DNA of 64,000 nucleotides, taken from contig CAJINV010000001.1 of the NCBI GenBank assembly GCA_905178155.1, forward strand, positions 2,408,089 through 2,472,088, in the 5' to 3' direction. Source of the DNA: Amoebophrya sp. A120. Taxonomy: Eukaryota; Protista; Dinoflagellata. Within the stretch, counting starts at the first letter, position 1. Each line of letters opens with the position of its first letter. Position numbers and translations under genes: made by a program. A model generated the notes under the pieces. The model was not told the origin of the DNA. It did not search any database and saw only the letters and a program-made list of their open reading frames with translations. This document shows positions 60,301 through 64,000 of the stretch, one piece after another.

Positions 60301-62121
60301 TTCTTCTTGTCCGCTCGCCTCGCTCTATTCCGCGCAAGACAGCGTCCACCAGAAAATTACTCTGTGGTCCTTCTCGCGCCAACCCTCTGGCTGGAGCGCA
60401 CAATAGCTCCAAAATTCTCGGTGTTGATCTAGTATCGGTACTAGTAGTTGTAGCTGTTTGTCGTGTTTCTCCATTTCGCCTCCCTGTCTGGTCGTCCATT
60501 TCTACTGCGTGCCCGTTCCCACATTGCTGGTTGCTCATGATCTGCTCGTCGAGATGAGAAGGTTCGTCGCTTGTTCTTGCATTCGACGTTGTTGTCGAGG
60601 GAAGTAGATTTGCAGGGGCACTACTCACGCTCGGACGAGATGTTGACCCGCCCATGGCTTCTAAAAAACCTTCTGCGTCCTCGTTCGTGTCCTCAGCATC
60701 AGCTTGCGGCAGCTGCAACAGTCCCCGCTGTGTCTTCCACCAAAAAGATCCAGGCTCTGTGACGGAAAAGATCCCCTCTTCAGCCGCACTTCTCGGGAAG
60801 AAGACCTCCGCACTATAAATGTTATTCGTCGTTGTACTCGATGTCGAACAAACGGTCGTTCCGCCGGCGGCTGAGGTCGTTGAAGACGATGTCGATGCTG
60901 TGCTGCTGGTTGCGATCGCATCCGCGTTCTCGCGCGGCACTGCGAGCTCTGACATTTCATTTCCAGCAATGTCACCAGCTGCATCAGCTTCTAGTTGTGA
61001 TGTGGTTCCTCTTGAATCATTGCTCAAAAATTCGCCTGTGAGACGCGATATTGTTCCGGCCGCGTTAGATTGCATGTGAGCATGCCTCGCAAGGGTCGTG
61101 TCAAGCGATTCGTAGTCTGAAGACGAGGTGGAGTCTTCCTCATCGTCTGAAGACGACGAATCCTCCCCATCCTCGCCGTCTTCGCTGTCGCTATCGTTCT
61201 CGGAAGACGAGAACTATGCCTTGCAAAAGTATCACACTCGTACTAATTGCAAATATGCCATGCATGAGCATGGTAACGTAAAACAGCATTACAAATTCCA
61301 CTTCTCTTGTTCTTGCCAAAATTTCTTGTAATGCTATTCATACTAGTAAGTACGTTGCTTTTGCAATGCATAAGAACGGTTCTCGTACAACATCCGCCTC
61401 TTCATGAAGATCTGCGTCTACTTGTTCGATCCGTGGATTTAATACCATTGGCTCGTCGTTATCCTGCAGTAGCCCCGCCGCTCTGAAGGTCGCGTTTAGG
61501 TTCTCTTCGAACCAACTCCGGGGAGTTGGGGAGGACTGTGTTTTTGTTTCGGTTTCCAATTCTTTTATACAACTCGATACCCGTTTATAATTTTCATTTT
61601 GCTTTTTTACGAGCAACAGAACACGCGAAGATGCTTTATTTCCTGTCAACACCACCTGCACACCATTTTTGCGTACGTTCGCCAATTCATGATCTTTTTT
61701 CAAAGCTATGGACGTTGAAATCAATCCAATGGAATGATCCAAGAGGTTGTAACTACAAGGGTAGTACCGTATTAACTCCACTCCGCGACAGTCCTGCGGC
61801 TCTTCCCGCCGGGCGCGTAATATGCCGGCCGGGCGAGGATTCGATAAAGGGCATACGCGGCCTCTCCGGACGAGGATGTGTCCCGTTCTTGGGGCGTCTA
61901 GTGGGCGTCGTGCCTGTGGTTGCGAAAAGTTTGTGACCAGGACGGTGCCATTGCATGTAGAGGTAGACAGTGACAGATCTTCGGTAATAGAATTGCGTAC
62001 TACGCGACGCCGAACAGCAACGGGGCGGTTCGTAAACATAACCACGCTCGAGAAAAACGACAGCAATTAGGCACAATCTTTCTCTTTCATTCCTTAGGGT
62101 CAATAAAAATAACATCATCAT
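57369..62121 (-). CDS. Large low-complexity (S/T/A/R-rich) hypothetical protein, several exons
   Basis: Consecutive long minus-strand ORFs 61338-62066, 58988-61075, 58336-58917 and 57369-58304. The first two join in frame across introner 61215-61372 (REPF-SSSENDS). Confidence 0.55.
61215..61372. mobile_element. Introner family D-like
   Basis: TATGCCTTGCAAAAG...CTTTTGCAATGCATA; direct repeat AGAAC. Confidence 0.85.
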
Positions 62122-62494
62122 GAAGATGACGAAGTGCTATACTTGCGTCCACACTGCTGTTGCCGCGGACCTGCCACACCGCGGACCGCTGCTGCCCGTC
62201 GGTCTCAATATTACGCGAGCTGCGGGACCCGGGCTCGTTAGGTAGCAACGACTATTAGTAAGAATGGAAATTGTTCAAGAAAATTATTAGTCCGAATAAC
62301 ATGATCATTAGTGTGTATCTTCAACTCCATAGCAACTTGATGATGTGAAGTAGGGCTGTACACGACGTCTCGCGAAGAAGTGCTTTCTCGTTTATTACGC
62401 ACCAGGGGCCAGATGATTCGCCGTTTGTTTTTTGTTGCTATTTTCAAGAACATACAGAAAGGCTGGCAGTCCGAGCTTCTCAAAAAATCTCCTA

Positions 62495-63928
62495 CTACAA
62501 AAATACCTGTGTGCCGTTCGCCGTGTGAAGCGATGCCCCTACCGCGCTTTGTTCATCCGAACGAACCGGAGGGCCGCATGGTTGAATTCGACATCGAATT
62601 TCAACAGGCTTGCGCACAGGAGACTCGTAAAATCGATCCCTTCCAGCGGTGGAGCAGGATCGCCGCAGCTCGATGCGGCGCTTCCGAAGACGCTCGTATC
62701 TCACTTGTGTAGCGCACGACTCTACACAAAGTCGCAACTCGGCCGGTGTTGTGGACCACCAGTGGGAGAATGACGGTTTACTTGTACGCGTCCGGCAATA
62801 TCCCCGTTCCTTCGCAACCAGTACTACTTTTCGGGATTTTCCACCTTGGCCCATGATGAAATTATTCTTGAAAGAGTTATTTAAAAATTTCTGCCGCCAC
62901 TTCTCCGCTCTTCGTTGATGCCGCACCATGCGCTCAGCCCCTCTGCGAGCAGCGCGAAGCCGCCACGAGACCATGCTCACGCACGGGACGACCTTGCCCG
63001 ACAGCTGCCCTTTCGGTTGCCGCGTCGCCCGCGAGATCACGCGGTTGGTTTGTAAACAGTACCGCTCGCACTGCGCGGGACTGTATCGAAATGTTGCCGT
63101 CGCGCTGTCCTCCTCACAGAAAAGCTTACAGGCCGACCTGCTGTTTTCGGACCAAGCGGATTCCAACACGGAGCGCAAATGCCGCACGTACTCAGCCCAC
63201 TTGGGCAACTTGGGTTTCTCGTCCCAGGCTTCCAAATTCATCGGGCACGTGTTGTCCCTCAGAGATTCCGGTAACCACTCCCAAACCCGCTGAAAAAACG
63301 CGTTCCGAGTCTTCCGCACCGTGAAGGTGGAAAAACGCGTCTTCTGGGCCGCCCCCGCAAAGGCCTCGTCTGGCTGGTCGGAAGGACGAGTCTCACCTTC
63401 TTCTTGCTCCTCCTGCGCAGTACTAGAAGAACAATTATCGTGCACGACGACCGGTAGGCCGAGGTTGTCATGGTCACTCTTCAGGAACGCGTTGCGCACG
63501 GCCCGGTGGTAGGCATATTTTCTCATCTCCTGCTTCGCCTTCTGGGGCAGTTGCGTGTTGGTCCACATCCCATTTGGATCGCCGAGCCCGTCCGGCCCCG
63601 GCCGGCGCGCCAGTTCGGCCAGGCCGAACAGGACGCGCAGGGAGGGGTCCAGACACCCTGGCAAAACCGAGGCCCAGTCGAACTCGTTCGCACGTGTCTC
63701 GGTCTGCCGCTGGTGCCGGGTTGTGGATGAGGTGGTCGTGGGAGGCAATACTACCCGACGTGGAGGACAACTACCTTCTCGGGAGGCGGTTCTCGTCGCG
63801 CTGCTACTGTTATTCGACGACATATTCCCGCGGCCAGTTCCACTAGCACTGGTGGTGTCCTCGTCGTCCCTTCTGCCCGCTGACGACGACACAGACGACG
63901 CCGAGGAGCTACTGTTCGTGGTTGACAT
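62495..63928 (-). CDS. Hypothetical protein
   Basis: 477-aa ORF on the same strand as all other genes; no family recognised. Confidence 0.55.
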   Translation of the reverse strand: MSTTNSSSSASSVSSSAGRRDDEDTTSASGTGRGNMSSNNSSSATRTASREGSCPPRRVVLPPTTTSSTTRHQRQTETRANEFDWASVLPGCLDPSLRVLFGLAELARRPGPDGLGDPNGMWTNTQLPQKAKQEMRKYAYHRAVRNAFLKSDHDNLGLPVVVHDNCSSSTAQEEQEEGETRPSDQPDEAFAGAAQKTRFSTFTVRKTRNAFFQRVWEWLPESLRDNTCPMNLEAWDEKPKLPKWAEYVRHLRSVLESAWSENSRSACKLFCEEDSATATFRYSPAQCERYCLQTNRVISRATRQPKGQLSGKVVPCVSMVSWRLRAARRGAERMVRHQRRAEKWRQKFLNNSFKNNFIMGQGGKSRKVVLVAKERGYCRTRTSKPSFSHWWSTTPAELRLCVESCATQVRYERLRKRRIELRRSCSTAGRDRFYESPVRKPVEIRCRIQPCGPPVRSDEQSAVGASLHTANGTQVFL

Positions 63929-64000
63929 TGTTCCACCGCTTGTAGTGATTTCTGGAGAAGTACATGAAAGCTCGGACCACGCCGCGCGGCTACGGCTCGA

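Overview
Eukaryotic nuclear DNA with about 19 predicted protein-coding genes or gene segments, all on the minus strand. The one-strand gene block, the mix of GT-AG introns with many non-canonical repeat-bounded introns, and DVNP-like Met/Lys peptides point to a dinoflagellate, most likely the syndinian parasite Amoebophrya. This is inferred from architecture, not from a database hit. The dominant system is 28 MITE-like introner elements (148-330 bp) in at least 6 TIR families. All complete copies have TAT...ATA ends and a 5-bp direct repeat. 27 interrupt coding sequence, and the frame is restored by removing the element plus one repeat wherever both flanks are visible; none of the junctions tested gives GT-AG. 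They occur in both orientations relative to the transcript and share an internal GCATNACA motif across families. Their direct-repeat mismatches fall only on third codon positions. Also present: a tandem array with four copies of a 36-aa Met/Lys micro-protein plus two coiled-coil paralogs sharing one spacer cassette; three intronic box C/D snoRNAs; four copies of a 720-bp Helentron-like element; and a foldback element nested in an introner. Recognisable genes are two sulfotransferases, an R3H-DEAH helicase, an OTU protease, a SHIPPO-repeat protein, an NCLDV D6/D11-like helicase and a RING/TRAF zinc-finger protein. No transposase, rRNA, tRNA or CRISPR array was seen. Coordinates were read by eye and some gene starts and ends are approximate.
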